Below the pieces are notes generated by a model. The model searched no databases, was not told the origin of the DNA, and saw only the letters and a program-made list of their open reading frames with translations. Positions 8,877-19,274 of a stretch of DNA of 42,383 bases are shown piece after piece. The translations under genes were made by a program, and so were the position numbers. The stretch's first letter is position 1. Each line of letters opens with the position of its first letter. The DNA is taken from contig SESX01000003.1 in the NCBI GenBank assembly GCA_004367365.1, forward strand, positions 1 through 42,383, given 5' to 3'. The stretch comes from Candidatus Acetocimmeria pyornia (GTDB lineage Bacteria; Bacillota; Sulfobacillia; UBA3575).

Positions 8877-8897
8877 TGACCTTAACCACCGACTGCA

Positions 8898-9090
8898 GTC
8901 TTCAATCTCCCCCCGGTAAGGAGGTCTGGGTGAATACTACGAGAATGCCCCAACAGCACCGGCCTTCCTTCGCGGCGCCACGCGCACCGGATGGTTGTAA
9001 TGAACCTCGTCGGCTGCTGGCCCCAGCCACAAACTCGCCCTCCAGGCTCAGACAGGTGGCTACAGCTGGTCCTCCCGTCGCCTGTGGCAG
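8898..9090 (+). repeat. Composite repeat element, third (partial, degenerate) copy
   Basis: ACTACGAGAAT...GCACC.GCCTTCCTTCGCGGCG.CACGC...AATGAACCTCG...CAGCCACAAACTCGC...GGTGGCT aligns with 6320-6450. Confidence 0.85.
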
Positions 9091-9125
9091 TATGGGGGAC
9101 TCCAGAGCGACCCAGGCTGGTAACC

Positions 9126-10730
9126 CTAAAACCTGCCCCGCAGCAGCACCCGCCCGTTCCGGACGGTAGTTACCTTCCCCCCGGAATCCCTTACTTTTTG
9201 CAGTTCACCGCCCGAAACAGCAACTTGGCCGTTGACAAGGACGTATTCGATCCCTTCTGGATACCGGGCCGGGTCGTGATAGGTGGTTTTCTCCCTGACC
9301 ACAGCCGGATTGAAGATGGTCAGGTCAGCGTAGTAACCTGTGGCTATCATCCCCCGCCCTTTGAGCTGGTACAGCTGGGCGGCTCCAAGGGTCATTTTGT
9401 GGATGGCCTCCTCCAAGGTCAGGAGGTTCTCTTCACGTACATATTTTCTTATTATTTTGGGGTAGGTTCCGAAGGCCCGGGGATGAAGCCTTTCCTCAAG
9501 GGAGTACCCCGGGTCCGAAGAAACCGCAGGGGCGTCGGTGCCGACCAGGGTAAAGTCCTGTTTCAAAAACTCGGCCATGCTCTGTTCTGACAAGGTCTTG
9601 ACGTACACCTGAACAGGCTCCCCGTGGGCGCGCAACTCCTGCACCACCTTGGCAACTGAAACCCCGCGTTCAGCCGCCAGCTGCGTTAAGGATTTCCCTT
9701 CAGCCGACCGGTCAGCACAACGAAGAATGTAAATAATCCGGGATGGGTAGCGGCCGTACATTTCTGAAAGCCCCCTTTCGATCAGGAACCACGGTGCCCC
9801 ATACGGGTAGAAATCGGCGTAAACCTCCTGACCCTGCCTCCGGGCGGCTTGGATCCTGGCAATGACTTGGTGGGTAAGGTCCACCAGGACATCTTCACGG
9901 GCCGGCCAACTAGGGGTCCTCGCCACCTTGATATGGGAAATATTCAGAGGCACTTGAGCCTCCCGGGCAATAGAAAGGGCTTCATCCACCGCAGCGAGAA
10001 TCCTGACCCTTTCGTTCCTGATATGAGTGGAGTAAACGGCTTGGTATGGGGTCAGCACCCTCACCAGCCGCACCAGTTCCTCGGTCGTGGTGTACTTCCC
10101 TGGAACGTACTCCAGGCCGCTTGACAGGCCGACGGCCCCTTCTTCCATGGCTTTTCTGACCAGTTCCTCCATCCTTTCTAGCTGCGCTTCGCTCGCCCGA
10201 CCCGGCCCAGAACCCATCACCGCAGCCCTTACCGTGCCCTGACCGATAAGCATTGCGTAATTCACCGCAGGTCGTACCGCTGCCACCCTGTTGAGGTGCT
10301 CGCTGACGCTAAGCGGGGATTTTCCGTCCGTTCCGATGATTTCCGTGGTGACCCCCTGTCTCAGGGCCGATTCGGCGTGGGGACTCTGGAGGATGGTGCG
10401 GTCGGAATGGGAGTGGGGGTTGATGAAACCGGGAGCAACAACCAGCCCGGAGGCATTGATGGTAACTTCCCCTTCCCGCAGGGAAAGGTCACCAATTTCT
10501 GCAATTCTGTCGCCGCGGATACCGATGTCGGCCACGTAACCGGGGCGTCCGGTACCATCAACGATATAACCGTCACGGATCAAGATATCGAAGGTTGAGT
10601 AAGCTGCCCTGTTCTCCTCCGACACCCATACCCGCCTCAGATCCCCAACCATGCCCAGGAGAACCCATAACCCGATAAAGACCAGGAATACCGCCAGGAC
10701 CTTCCGTCCCCTTCGCCTTGGTGGTGGCAT
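9126..10730 (-). CDS. N-acyl-D-amino-acid deacylase (D-aminoacylase, amidohydrolase 3) with N-terminal transmembrane segment
   Basis: PGFINPHSHSD, QGVTTE, GLSSGLEY, THIRNE, ISHIK, HPRAFGTYP, GYYADLTIF. Confidence 0.88.
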   Translation of the reverse strand: MPPPRRRGRKVLAVFLVFIGLWVLLGMVGDLRRVWVSEENRAAYSTFDILIRDGYIVDGTGRPGYVADIGIRGDRIAEIGDLSLREGEVTINASGLVVAPGFINPHSHSDRTILQSPHAESALRQGVTTEIIGTDGKSPLSVSEHLNRVAAVRPAVNYAMLIGQGTVRAAVMGSGPGRASEAQLERMEELVRKAMEEGAVGLSSGLEYVPGKYTTTEELVRLVRVLTPYQAVYSTHIRNERVRILAAVDEALSIAREAQVPLNISHIKVARTPSWPAREDVLVDLTHQVIARIQAARRQGQEVYADFYPYGAPWFLIERGLSEMYGRYPSRIIYILRCADRSAEGKSLTQLAAERGVSVAKVVQELRAHGEPVQVYVKTLSEQSMAEFLKQDFTLVGTDAPAVSSDPGYSLEERLHPRAFGTYPKIIRKYVREENLLTLEEAIHKMTLGAAQLYQLKGRGMIATGYYADLTIFNPAVVREKTTYHDPARYPEGIEYVLVNGQVAVSGGELQKVRDSGGKVTTVRNGRVLLRGRF

Positions 10731-10992
10731 AAGTCACCATTCCCGCTTCCCCAAAGATTCAGGGTTGGGATTTTCCCAATGTCGAGCCCTTTGTTCACTA
10801 TAAGAATATATTTGCCCCCTTCCCGGGTTATGCCCTGGCACGGCTCTTGGGTGTCAACCGGCACCGGTTGCCCGACGGCCCCCTTCCAGCCGTCTCCCGC
10901 AGCATTGACCGGTCTCCTACCGCATAAATCTTAACAAAGCCACTCTGAATACCGGGACTGCACTTTCGGGGCCAAGGGAAAGGAGCCACCCG

Positions 10993-12546
10993 TTGAGATC
11001 GGCAACCTTCCTGCAGGGAACAGTAATCCTAGCCACAGCTGGTTTTCTGAACCGGTTCATCGGGTTCTTCTACAACCTGTATCTTATCCGCTGGGTTGGG
11101 CCAGAGCCTATCGGCATCTACAGGATGGTGACGCCGGTGTACTTCACCCTCCTGCTGGTCGCCACCGCCGGTATCCCTTATGCCATTTCCAAGCTTGTCT
11201 CGGAAAGGGTGGCCCTTGGCAAACCAAGGGAAGCCCTCCGTACCGTAAAGATTGCGGTCGCGATCCTCACTGTCTTGAGCTCTGCGGTTTCCACCGCTTT
11301 CTACCTGCTCGCCCCTTTACTTTCCAACTACATTTTCAGCGACCCCCGTACCTACTGGGTTGTCATCTTTCTGGTCCCCTGTATCTTTGTGGTCAGCCTG
11401 GCAGCCATCCTGCGAGGTTTTTTCCAGGGGTTGCAGCAAATGGAAGCCCTCGCGGTCTCTTCCTTCCTGGAACAGGTAACCCATGCCGTTTCAACCCTTG
11501 CCCTGGCCCTCTACCTCGCCCCCAGGGGACCTGGGTACGTAGCCGCGGGAATCGCCGTCGGCATGGTTCTTGGAGAATTAGTCGGCTTGGTGACCCTGTC
11601 GGCCCTGTTCCTACAGTGCAGGAAAACACTCCTGGAAGAGAAAACCGGACGCCCTCTAGGACGTCCGGAGCCCCCTTCGACCACCATCAAGCGCATGTTT
11701 GATCTCTCCCTACCGGTCACAGCCGGCCGGATTGCCGCTTCCCTGAGCACCACCTTCAATATTACCCTCATTCCGGCCCGGCTGCGAGCCTCGGGCCTGA
11801 GCACGGCAGAGGCCACCACTCAATTCGGGCAGCTCACCGGGATCGCCCTTCCACTGATCTTTCTCCCCAACATCATCAACGTGGCCATGGCCATCAATCT
11901 TGTCCCCGATATCTCAGCTGCCCTCGCCCGGCGGGATCTCCGTTCGGTCCGCCTCCGGACCCAAAAAGCCCTGACGGTCACCTACCTGCTTGGACTCCCC
12001 GTGGTCGCTACTTTCCTGGTCTTGGCCAGGCAAATCTGCGAGGTAGCCTACAACTACCCGGAAGCCGGGACCCTGGTGGCCATCATGGCACCGGCAGCGG
12101 TGTTGGCATACCTGCGCCAGACCACCTCTGGAATCCTACAAGGGCTGGGCAAACCCTCTATCCCGGTCAGGAACTACATCTTGGCCCTTTGCGCTGATAC
12201 CTCGGTAGTCTTTTTTCTGGCCGCCGTCCCCGGCTTCGGTATCCGGGGAGCGGCAGTTGCCTCGCTGGTTAATTTCCTGGTTGGAGGGGGGCTCAACCTC
12301 TACGGGGTCTTCAAAGAAGTGGGCTTCACCGTGAATATCGCCAACCACCTCGTCAAACCTTTCGCTGCCGCCTTGGTTTGCGCCCTGACCATCAAGCAGG
12401 TGTACCACACCCTCCTGCCCTTGGGTTCCCTGCCGGTCGCCACTTTCGGTTCGGCTGCAGCCGGTCTTGTTGCCTACGCAGCGATAATTCTGGTCACTGG
12501 TGCTGCCCGGCCCCTCAGGTTAACCACCTTCAAGAAACCCCGCTGA
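10993..12546 (+). CDS. spoVB: Stage V sporulation protein B (MurJ-like MOP flippase)
   Basis: FLQGTVIL, RGFFQG, GELVG, LIPARL, SGILQGLGK; many TM segments; AGGAG RBS. Confidence 0.85.
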   Translation: MRSATFLQGTVILATAGFLNRFIGFFYNLYLIRWVGPEPIGIYRMVTPVYFTLLLVATAGIPYAISKLVSERVALGKPREALRTVKIAVAILTVLSSAVSTAFYLLAPLLSNYIFSDPRTYWVVIFLVPCIFVVSLAAILRGFFQGLQQMEALAVSSFLEQVTHAVSTLALALYLAPRGPGYVAAGIAVGMVLGELVGLVTLSALFLQCRKTLLEEKTGRPLGRPEPPSTTIKRMFDLSLPVTAGRIAASLSTTFNITLIPARLRASGLSTAEATTQFGQLTGIALPLIFLPNIINVAMAINLVPDISAALARRDLRSVRLRTQKALTVTYLLGLPVVATFLVLARQICEVAYNYPEAGTLVAIMAPAAVLAYLRQTTSGILQGLGKPSIPVRNYILALCADTSVVFFLAAVPGFGIRGAAVASLVNFLVGGGLNLYGVFKEVGFTVNIANHLVKPFAAALVCALTIKQVYHTLLPLGSLPVATFGSAAAGLVAYAAIILVTGAARPLRLTTFKKPR

Positions 12547-13720
12547 CACATTCCCTTTCTAGAAACCGCTTCATCAAGACTTCAACCTGCCTGGTTTCAA
12601 CCAAGAAGGCATCATGGCCAAAGGGTGACTTAAGCTCCTCGTAGTGGGCATCAACCCCTTGGACACGCATCAGGGCGTAAAGTTCCCTCATTTCTTCCAC
12701 CGGGTAGAGGATATCACTGCTGATCCCAACCACCCAGACCTCAGATTGGATCCTTTTTAGCGCCCGTTTCAAGCCTCCCCTGCCGCGGCCCAGGTCAAAG
12801 AGGTCCATGGCACGGGTCAGAAAGAGGTAAGAGTTGGCATCAAACCTTCGTACCAGGCACTCCCCCTGGTACCAGAGGTAGCTTTCCACCTTGAATTTAC
12901 TGGTAAAGTCAAAGGGGGAAGAGGTCGGGTCCTCCAGGTGACGCCCAAACTTGAGCTCCATCGACTCGTTGCTCTGGTAGGTAATCATCCCAACCATCCG
13001 GGCCAGGGACAAACCCTCCTCCGGTGGCCGCTGGCCGTAATAGTTCCCCCGGCACCAGTTTGGGTCCCGCATGATCGCCTGGCGTCCAACCTCGTGGTAG
13101 GCAATGGACTGGGGGGAATGGCGGGCAGGGGCAGCAATGTTCAGGATCCGGCCAGCAAGTCCGGGGTACGCAACAGCCCACTCCAGGGCCTGCATCCCCC
13201 CCATAGACCCACCTATAACTGCAACCAGCTTCCTGATTCCGAGAAAATCCAGCAACCGCCGTTGAGCCCTCACCATATCCCTGATGGTGATCACGGGAAA
13301 GTCCATGGCATATTCCCGACCGGTGGCAGGATTGATGGAACTGGGACCAGTTGACCCGCGGCAACCACCCAGGACGTTGGAACAAACAATGAAGTAGCGG
13401 TTTGTATCCAGGGCCCGGCCGGGACCTACCAGACCCTCCCACCAACCTTTGCGATCGTCTTTAGTATGCGCCACTACATGGGAGTCACCGGTCAGAGCAT
13501 GGGCAACCAGAATCACGTTATCCCGGGTTGGGTTCAGGCGACCGTACGTTTCGTAGGCCAAGGTCACTGGGCTGATCTTGCGGCCGCTGTCCAGGGTAAA
13601 GGCAGACGGTGGTTGAGCAAAGGTAAAGAACTTCACGTACTCAGGGAAACACCCCGCACTACCATGACCGGGTACTAGACCCTGGTGTTTTGAGGTCGAA
13701 GAACGTTCTGGTATCCCCAC
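12530..13720 (-). CDS. metX: Homoserine O-acetyltransferase
   Basis: HALTG, NVLGGCRGSTGP, GGSMGG nucleophile elbow, RFDANSY, GHDAFL; strong RBS before GTG 13720. Confidence 0.93.
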   Translation of the reverse strand: MGIPERSSTSKHQGLVPGHGSAGCFPEYVKFFTFAQPPSAFTLDSGRKISPVTLAYETYGRLNPTRDNVILVAHALTGDSHVVAHTKDDRKGWWEGLVGPGRALDTNRYFIVCSNVLGGCRGSTGPSSINPATGREYAMDFPVITIRDMVRAQRRLLDFLGIRKLVAVIGGSMGGMQALEWAVAYPGLAGRILNIAAPARHSPQSIAYHEVGRQAIMRDPNWCRGNYYGQRPPEEGLSLARMVGMITYQSNESMELKFGRHLEDPTSSPFDFTSKFKVESYLWYQGECLVRRFDANSYLFLTRAMDLFDLGRGRGGLKRALKRIQSEVWVVGISSDILYPVEEMRELYALMRVQGVDAHYEELKSPFGHDAFLVETRQVEVLMKRFLERECVSGVS

Positions 13721-13746
13721 AGTCAAACCTCCTCCCCCTTTGAGTG

Positions 13747-15063
<1,317 letters not shown>

Positions 15064-15241
15064 TCAAAAAAACTTGTATCACTTATCTTGCCGAGCACAC
15101 CCTTACCTCTCTGTCCATTACGGGCTCTCGACCCCGAACCGCCAACACCGGGCTTAACCCCCAATTAGCCAGGTGCAGGAAAGTCTCCCCCCAGCCACGG
15201 GTCAAACGCTTCCCTTCTGGGCCTTCCTCCCGGTGGAAAGC

Positions 15242-15273
15242 AAAAATTTAAGCCCCTTCTGAGAGAAGAGGCT
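15242..15273 (-). terminator. Riboswitch-coupled terminator
   Basis: Minus strand AGCCTCTTCTCTCAGAAGGGGCTTAAATTTTT. Confidence 0.7.
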
Positions 15274-15310
15274 CATAACCTTGGGATCGGCATGACGCCC
15301 GAGTCCTACC

Positions 15311-15422
15311 CTCATCTCTCAGAACCCCCTGGTTCTGCAGGAATTGGCACCTTTCCAACCGCAAAACGATTGGCGGTTGCCGGGTTTCATTGGGCCAGTC
15401 CCTCCACCTCTCTGGATAAGAG
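15311..15422 (-). ncRNA. SAM-I (S-box) riboswitch
   Basis: CTTATCCAGAGAGGTGGAGGGACTGGCCCAATGAAACCCGGCAACC...GGTGCCAATTCCTGCAG...CTGAGAGATGAG upstream of metY. Confidence 0.96.
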
Positions 15423-15444
15423 TGCTCGGTATTAAGTTGGTAGT

Positions 15445-15473
15445 ATTATAGCACAGCCAAAAAGCCCCGTCAA
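15445..15473 (-). promoter_or_regulatory. SigA promoter of metY-metX
   Basis: TTGACG-N17-TATAAT with extended TGn. Confidence 0.85.
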
Positions 15474-15522
15474 CGGGAAAATGTCCATGGACAACGGAAA
15501 ATAGGTACAGGTTCTGGCCGGT

Positions 15523-16785
15523 TCACGAGTTCACGAAGGGCACCGTCAGGAAACCTTCCGGCAATACATAAGCCTGGAAGTCAGGGCCATGCCTGGCCCG
15601 CACCCTTTCCAGTGCTTCTTCCACCGAGTGCGCCGGTTCCATCATTAGTACCCGGACAATTTCATCCGGCATTTCAGAGATCAGGATCGTGTGGACCTCC
15701 TTCAAGGTACGGCAGGTCAAGTAGGCCTTGTGGTGCCCCATCTGGAAGTTGGCTGCCACCGCTTCCACCACTTCACCAGGCGTGCTGTGGTCCTTCATGA
15801 AATCATAGAACTTCTGGGACCCATGCCCTTCAGGACAGGCGGCCATCAAGATGATGGTACCACCGGGGCGCACGGCGCGGTGGGCGTTACTCAATGTCTT
15901 CTGTGCCTGGTAAAAGTTGATATCCTTGGGGTACCCACCACAAGTGGCGATTACCACCTCGGCCTTCTCTTCGATGTTGACCGCAAACATCTCGTCCACA
16001 AGCTTACAGCCTTCAGCATGAGCCTGCTCCATGTCCCCCGCCACTACCTGGACAAATTCCCGCCGGGAATTGAGGACAACGTTGAAGATAAAGTTGGGTT
16101 TCACCATCCGAGCCGCTTCCAGCATGTCTTCGTGCAGGACATTACCCTCCAAGCGGCCTTGGGTCGCCGTGGGTTCCACCATGGCCTTGTGGTTAGTCTC
16201 GATGGCTTCCAGGGAAGCCACTCCTGGCAAGATACTCTTTCGTCCCCCGGTGTAGCCAGCCGTCATGTGATAGGTCACTTCTCCCGTCAGGATGACAAAA
16301 TCAGCCTTGGCCACGATGTCATTGATGTATACCGGGGTACCGCGGGAGGTCCGACCATAATAGGATACCGGCGCATTAACTGCATCATGGTCCACGATCT
16401 TGATCCTGGAGTAAGCCTCTTCACCTGCAATGTAACGGTGTTCCTCCGGGGTGTGTCCTCGATGGATACCAGTGGCCACCACGGCCGTAATCCTGTCGTC
16501 AGGTACACCTGCCGCGTTCAGTTCATCGAGAAGGAAAGGGAGAAAAACATCAGTCCCCACTACCCGGGTGATGTCGTTGATGACGATGGCCACCTTGCTT
16601 CCCGGGCTTACCATTTCCCGCAGCGGCGGCTTCCCGATGGGTTTGGCCAGTGCTTCTTTCATGGCGGCAACCGGGTCCGCGAGGCCGGCCCTTTCCCTCG
16701 GCAGGAAAACCCCTTTTACCCTACTGTCCGCAATGGAAAAGCTCACTTCTTCCCGACCGTACCGGACGGTAAAATCCACCCCCAT
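15523..16785 (-). CDS. LarA-family nickel-pincer-nucleotide-dependent 2-hydroxyacid racemase/epimerase
   Basis: DITR, ATGIHR, HMTAGYTGGRKSILPG, NH, DINFYQAQK motifs. Confidence 0.9.
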   Translation of the reverse strand: MGVDFTVRYGREEVSFSIADSRVKGVFLPRERAGLADPVAAMKEALAKPIGKPPLREMVSPGSKVAIVINDITRVVGTDVFLPFLLDELNAAGVPDDRITAVVATGIHRGHTPEEHRYIAGEEAYSRIKIVDHDAVNAPVSYYGRTSRGTPVYINDIVAKADFVILTGEVTYHMTAGYTGGRKSILPGVASLEAIETNHKAMVEPTATQGRLEGNVLHEDMLEAARMVKPNFIFNVVLNSRREFVQVVAGDMEQAHAEGCKLVDEMFAVNIEEKAEVVIATCGGYPKDINFYQAQKTLSNAHRAVRPGGTIILMAACPEGHGSQKFYDFMKDHSTPGEVVEAVAANFQMGHHKAYLTCRTLKEVHTILISEMPDEIVRVLMMEPAHSVEEALERVRARHGPDFQAYVLPEGFLTVPFVNS

Positions 16786-16905
16786 ACCTCCTCATTGATT
16801 AGTACACTTCATCCCATGGGGTCTCCCGACGCAAGGAACCCCTCCAACCTTTGACGCAAAGTCCCCCGTGCGTCCCCCTACAGTCTGTAAAACAGGCTAC
16901 CCGGC

Positions 16906-17784
16906 TCAAAGCTTCCCTGGCGTCGCCCTTTCTTCTTCTACCATCTCCAGTACCCTCTTGGCATTCAGGTAAACAGGATAATCCACAAACTTGCCTCCGT
17001 CAATAACGATGGACGCCAATCCCTTCCCTTCGGCTACCTTGAATGCTTCTACAACCTTTTTGGCAAACTCGATTTCCTCTTGTGTCGGTGTGAAAACCTC
17101 GTTAATAACCGGAATCTGTTCAGGGTGGATGGCAGTCTTGCCCTTGAAGCCCAGGGCCTTGGCCAGTTCGGCCTCCTTCCTTAGCCCTTCCAGGTCGTGT
17201 ACCACCGGGTAAACCGTATCCAGTGGGGGTTCCTTTCCCGCGGCCCGTGAGGCGCAAACCACCATCATCCTGGCGTAGTAGAGTTCCTGCCCAGTGCCAG
17301 ACCACCTGATTCCAAGGTCCGTAGTGTAGTCCACTGACCCAAAGGATACCCTGCTCAACCGCTCACTGGCACGCAAGATCTCTTCCAGGTTCCAAACCCC
17401 CTTTGCATTCTCGATGATTACCACCAGGTCCAGGCTGCCCGGGCAAAGGCCTTTGCGCCTTTCAACTACACCCATAAACCAGTCGACAATGTGAAGATCA
17501 GCAGCCTTCTCAACCTTGGGCAAAACCACCCCGTCCAGTCCCCCACAAGCAACAGCTTCGATATCATCGGCTGTCATCTGGGTTGAAAGGGCATTGACCC
17601 GGACGTAGGCTTTCGCCCGGCGGGGTAGGGTCAGGGCCTGCCTGATCTTTCCCCTTGCTGCCTCCTTTTCTGAAAGGGCCACGGCATCCTCAAGGTCAAA
17701 GACGACCGCGTCGGCCGGAACCCTGAGGGCCTTTTCCATCATGCGTTCGGAATTACCGGGTGTAAACAAAACACTCCTCAACAT
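16906..17784 (-). CDS. CitE-family CoA-ester lyase (malyl-/citramalyl-/citryl-CoA lyase-like)
   Basis: RSVLFTPG, DLEDAV, VRVN, LPKVE, FGSVDY, GFKGKTAIHPEQI, FVDYP. Confidence 0.9.
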   Translation of the reverse strand: MLRSVLFTPGNSERMMEKALRVPADAVVFDLEDAVALSEKEAARGKIRQALTLPRRAKAYVRVNALSTQMTADDIEAVACGGLDGVVLPKVEKAADLHIVDWFMGVVERRKGLCPGSLDLVVIIENAKGVWNLEEILRASERLSRVSFGSVDYTTDLGIRWSGTGQELYYARMMVVCASRAAGKEPPLDTVYPVVHDLEGLRKEAELAKALGFKGKTAIHPEQIPVINEVFTPTQEEIEFAKKVVEAFKVAEGKGLASIVIDGGKFVDYPVYLNAKRVLEMVEEERATPGKL

Positions 17785-17822
17785 TCGGAGATCCCTCCCA
17801 GAATGGCTGGATCCTCTTGGCC

Positions 17823-19031
17823 CTAAATAACCCCTTGCCTTTTCAGTTCTTCCACCTGTGCAGGGGAAAGACCCAGGCGCTCCCCGAAAATCTCCTGGTT
17901 GTGCTCACCTTTCCTGGGACCCGGGTGCTTAATCTCCCCAGGGGTTCGGGAAAAACGAGCCACTACATTAGGCATACGGATCCTCCCGAAGTCTGGGTCT
18001 GCAACTTCGATAATGGTACCACGCTCCTTGAAATGCGGATCCTCGAAGATCTGTTCCATGTTGTAAACAGGGCCGACCACCGCCCCGGCTGCCTCAAAGG
18101 TTTCCAAGACCTCCTCAAGCCCGTGGTTGGCAATCCAGGAACCAATAATCTCATCCAGTTCATCACTGTGCTTCAGCCTGGAAGCGTTGTCCTTAAACCT
18201 TTCGTCCGAGATAAGTTCCTCCCGGCCAATGGCCTTGAATACCCTCTCCGCAATCGGCTGGGCACTAGCAGACAAGGCCACCCACTTGCCGTCCCTGGTA
18301 ACGTAAGCGTTTCTCGGTGCCGCCTCCGCGGTGCGGTTTCCCAGTCTTTGGTGCACGATACCCAACTGGTCGTATTCGACCACCTGGGACTCCAGGAAGC
18401 GAAAGAGAGGCTCGTAAAGACAGATGTCAATGTACTGCCCCTTCCCACTCCCCCTGACATCCCTTTCGTAAACAGCAATCATGACCGACAAGGCGCCAAA
18501 TACACTGCATACACCGTCTGCCAGGGGAATCGAAGGCAGGGTGGGAGGGCCGTCGGGATGACCGGTGATATAGGCAAATCCACTCATGGCCTCTGCCACC
18601 GTACCAAAGCCTGCCCGCCGGGCATAGGGCCCTGTCTGGCCAAAACCGGTTGTTCTTAACATAATAAGCCGGCTGTTGATGGCGGACAATTCTTCCCATC
18701 CAATCTTCCACCGTTCCAGGGTACCGGGACGAAAGTTCTCGATCAGGACATCACAATCCCGCACCAGCCGCTTGAAAAGCTCCTGGCCCTGGGGGGTGCT
18801 CAGATCAAGGGTAATGGACTTCTTGTTTCGGCTGATGGTTTTCCAAAAGAGGGAAATCCCGTCTTTCTGGGCCCCAAACCGCCGAACATGATCCCCAAAC
18901 TGGGGGTGTTCCACCTTGATTACCTCGGCTCCAAAGTCCGCCAGGTAGGTGGCCGCCCAGGGAGCCGCCATCATGGTAGACACGTCGATAACCTTTAACC
19001 CTTCAAGGGGAAGGGAGCCATCCAGTCGCAT
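17823..19031 (-). CDS. Family III CoA-transferase (CaiB/BaiF)
   Basis: LADFGAEVIKVE, RNKKSITLDL, ENFRPG, GFGQTGPY, LADG (catalytic Asp). Confidence 0.93.
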   Translation of the reverse strand: MRLDGSLPLEGLKVIDVSTMMAAPWAATYLADFGAEVIKVEHPQFGDHVRRFGAQKDGISLFWKTISRNKKSITLDLSTPQGQELFKRLVRDCDVLIENFRPGTLERWKIGWEELSAINSRLIMLRTTGFGQTGPYARRAGFGTVAEAMSGFAYITGHPDGPPTLPSIPLADGVCSVFGALSVMIAVYERDVRGSGKGQYIDICLYEPLFRFLESQVVEYDQLGIVHQRLGNRTAEAAPRNAYVTRDGKWVALSASAQPIAERVFKAIGREELISDERFKDNASRLKHSDELDEIIGSWIANHGLEEVLETFEAAGAVVGPVYNMEQIFEDPHFKERGTIIEVADPDFGRIRMPNVVARFSRTPGEIKHPGPRKGEHNQEIFGERLGLSPAQVEELKRQGVI

Positions 19032-19084
19032 CCCGTACCCTCCCGTTCTTACTCATGGTCAACCACTCCTGTTTTTCCCCAAGC

Positions 19085-19138
19085 CTTTTCGCCCAGGGGG
19101 TGCCACCAGGCCGGCCCCTTCCTACCCCCCGGAAAACT
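19085..19138 (+). repeat. R1 repeat, highly degenerate candidate
   Basis: CTTTTCG...GGGGTGCC...GGAAAACT; correct length and ends. Confidence 0.3.
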
Positions 19139-19274
19139 CCATTTATCTCGCCACCAGTTCTCCCTGGCGAGTAATTCTGAGCCGATCTCACTCTTGAGCA
19201 ACCCGGCCCGGATGCGGTAATCTCGGTGGCTCTTTTCATTGTTCCTGGCATTGTTCCTGTCAGGCCGGTGGAAT

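Noticed and set aside
12530-12546. 17-bp convergent overlap of spoVB and metX
   Set aside because: Ordinary short 3' overlap
15691-16854. Long antisense ORFs (also 1045-1686, 14416-15168, 17817-18659, 20455-21474, 32181-33029)
   Set aside because: Shadow frames of well-supported genes in GC-rich DNA, with no recognisable motifs
19238-19260. Short tandem repeats (CATTGTTCCTG twice; ATTACTCC twice at 21861)
   Set aside because: Two-copy micro-duplications with no supporting context
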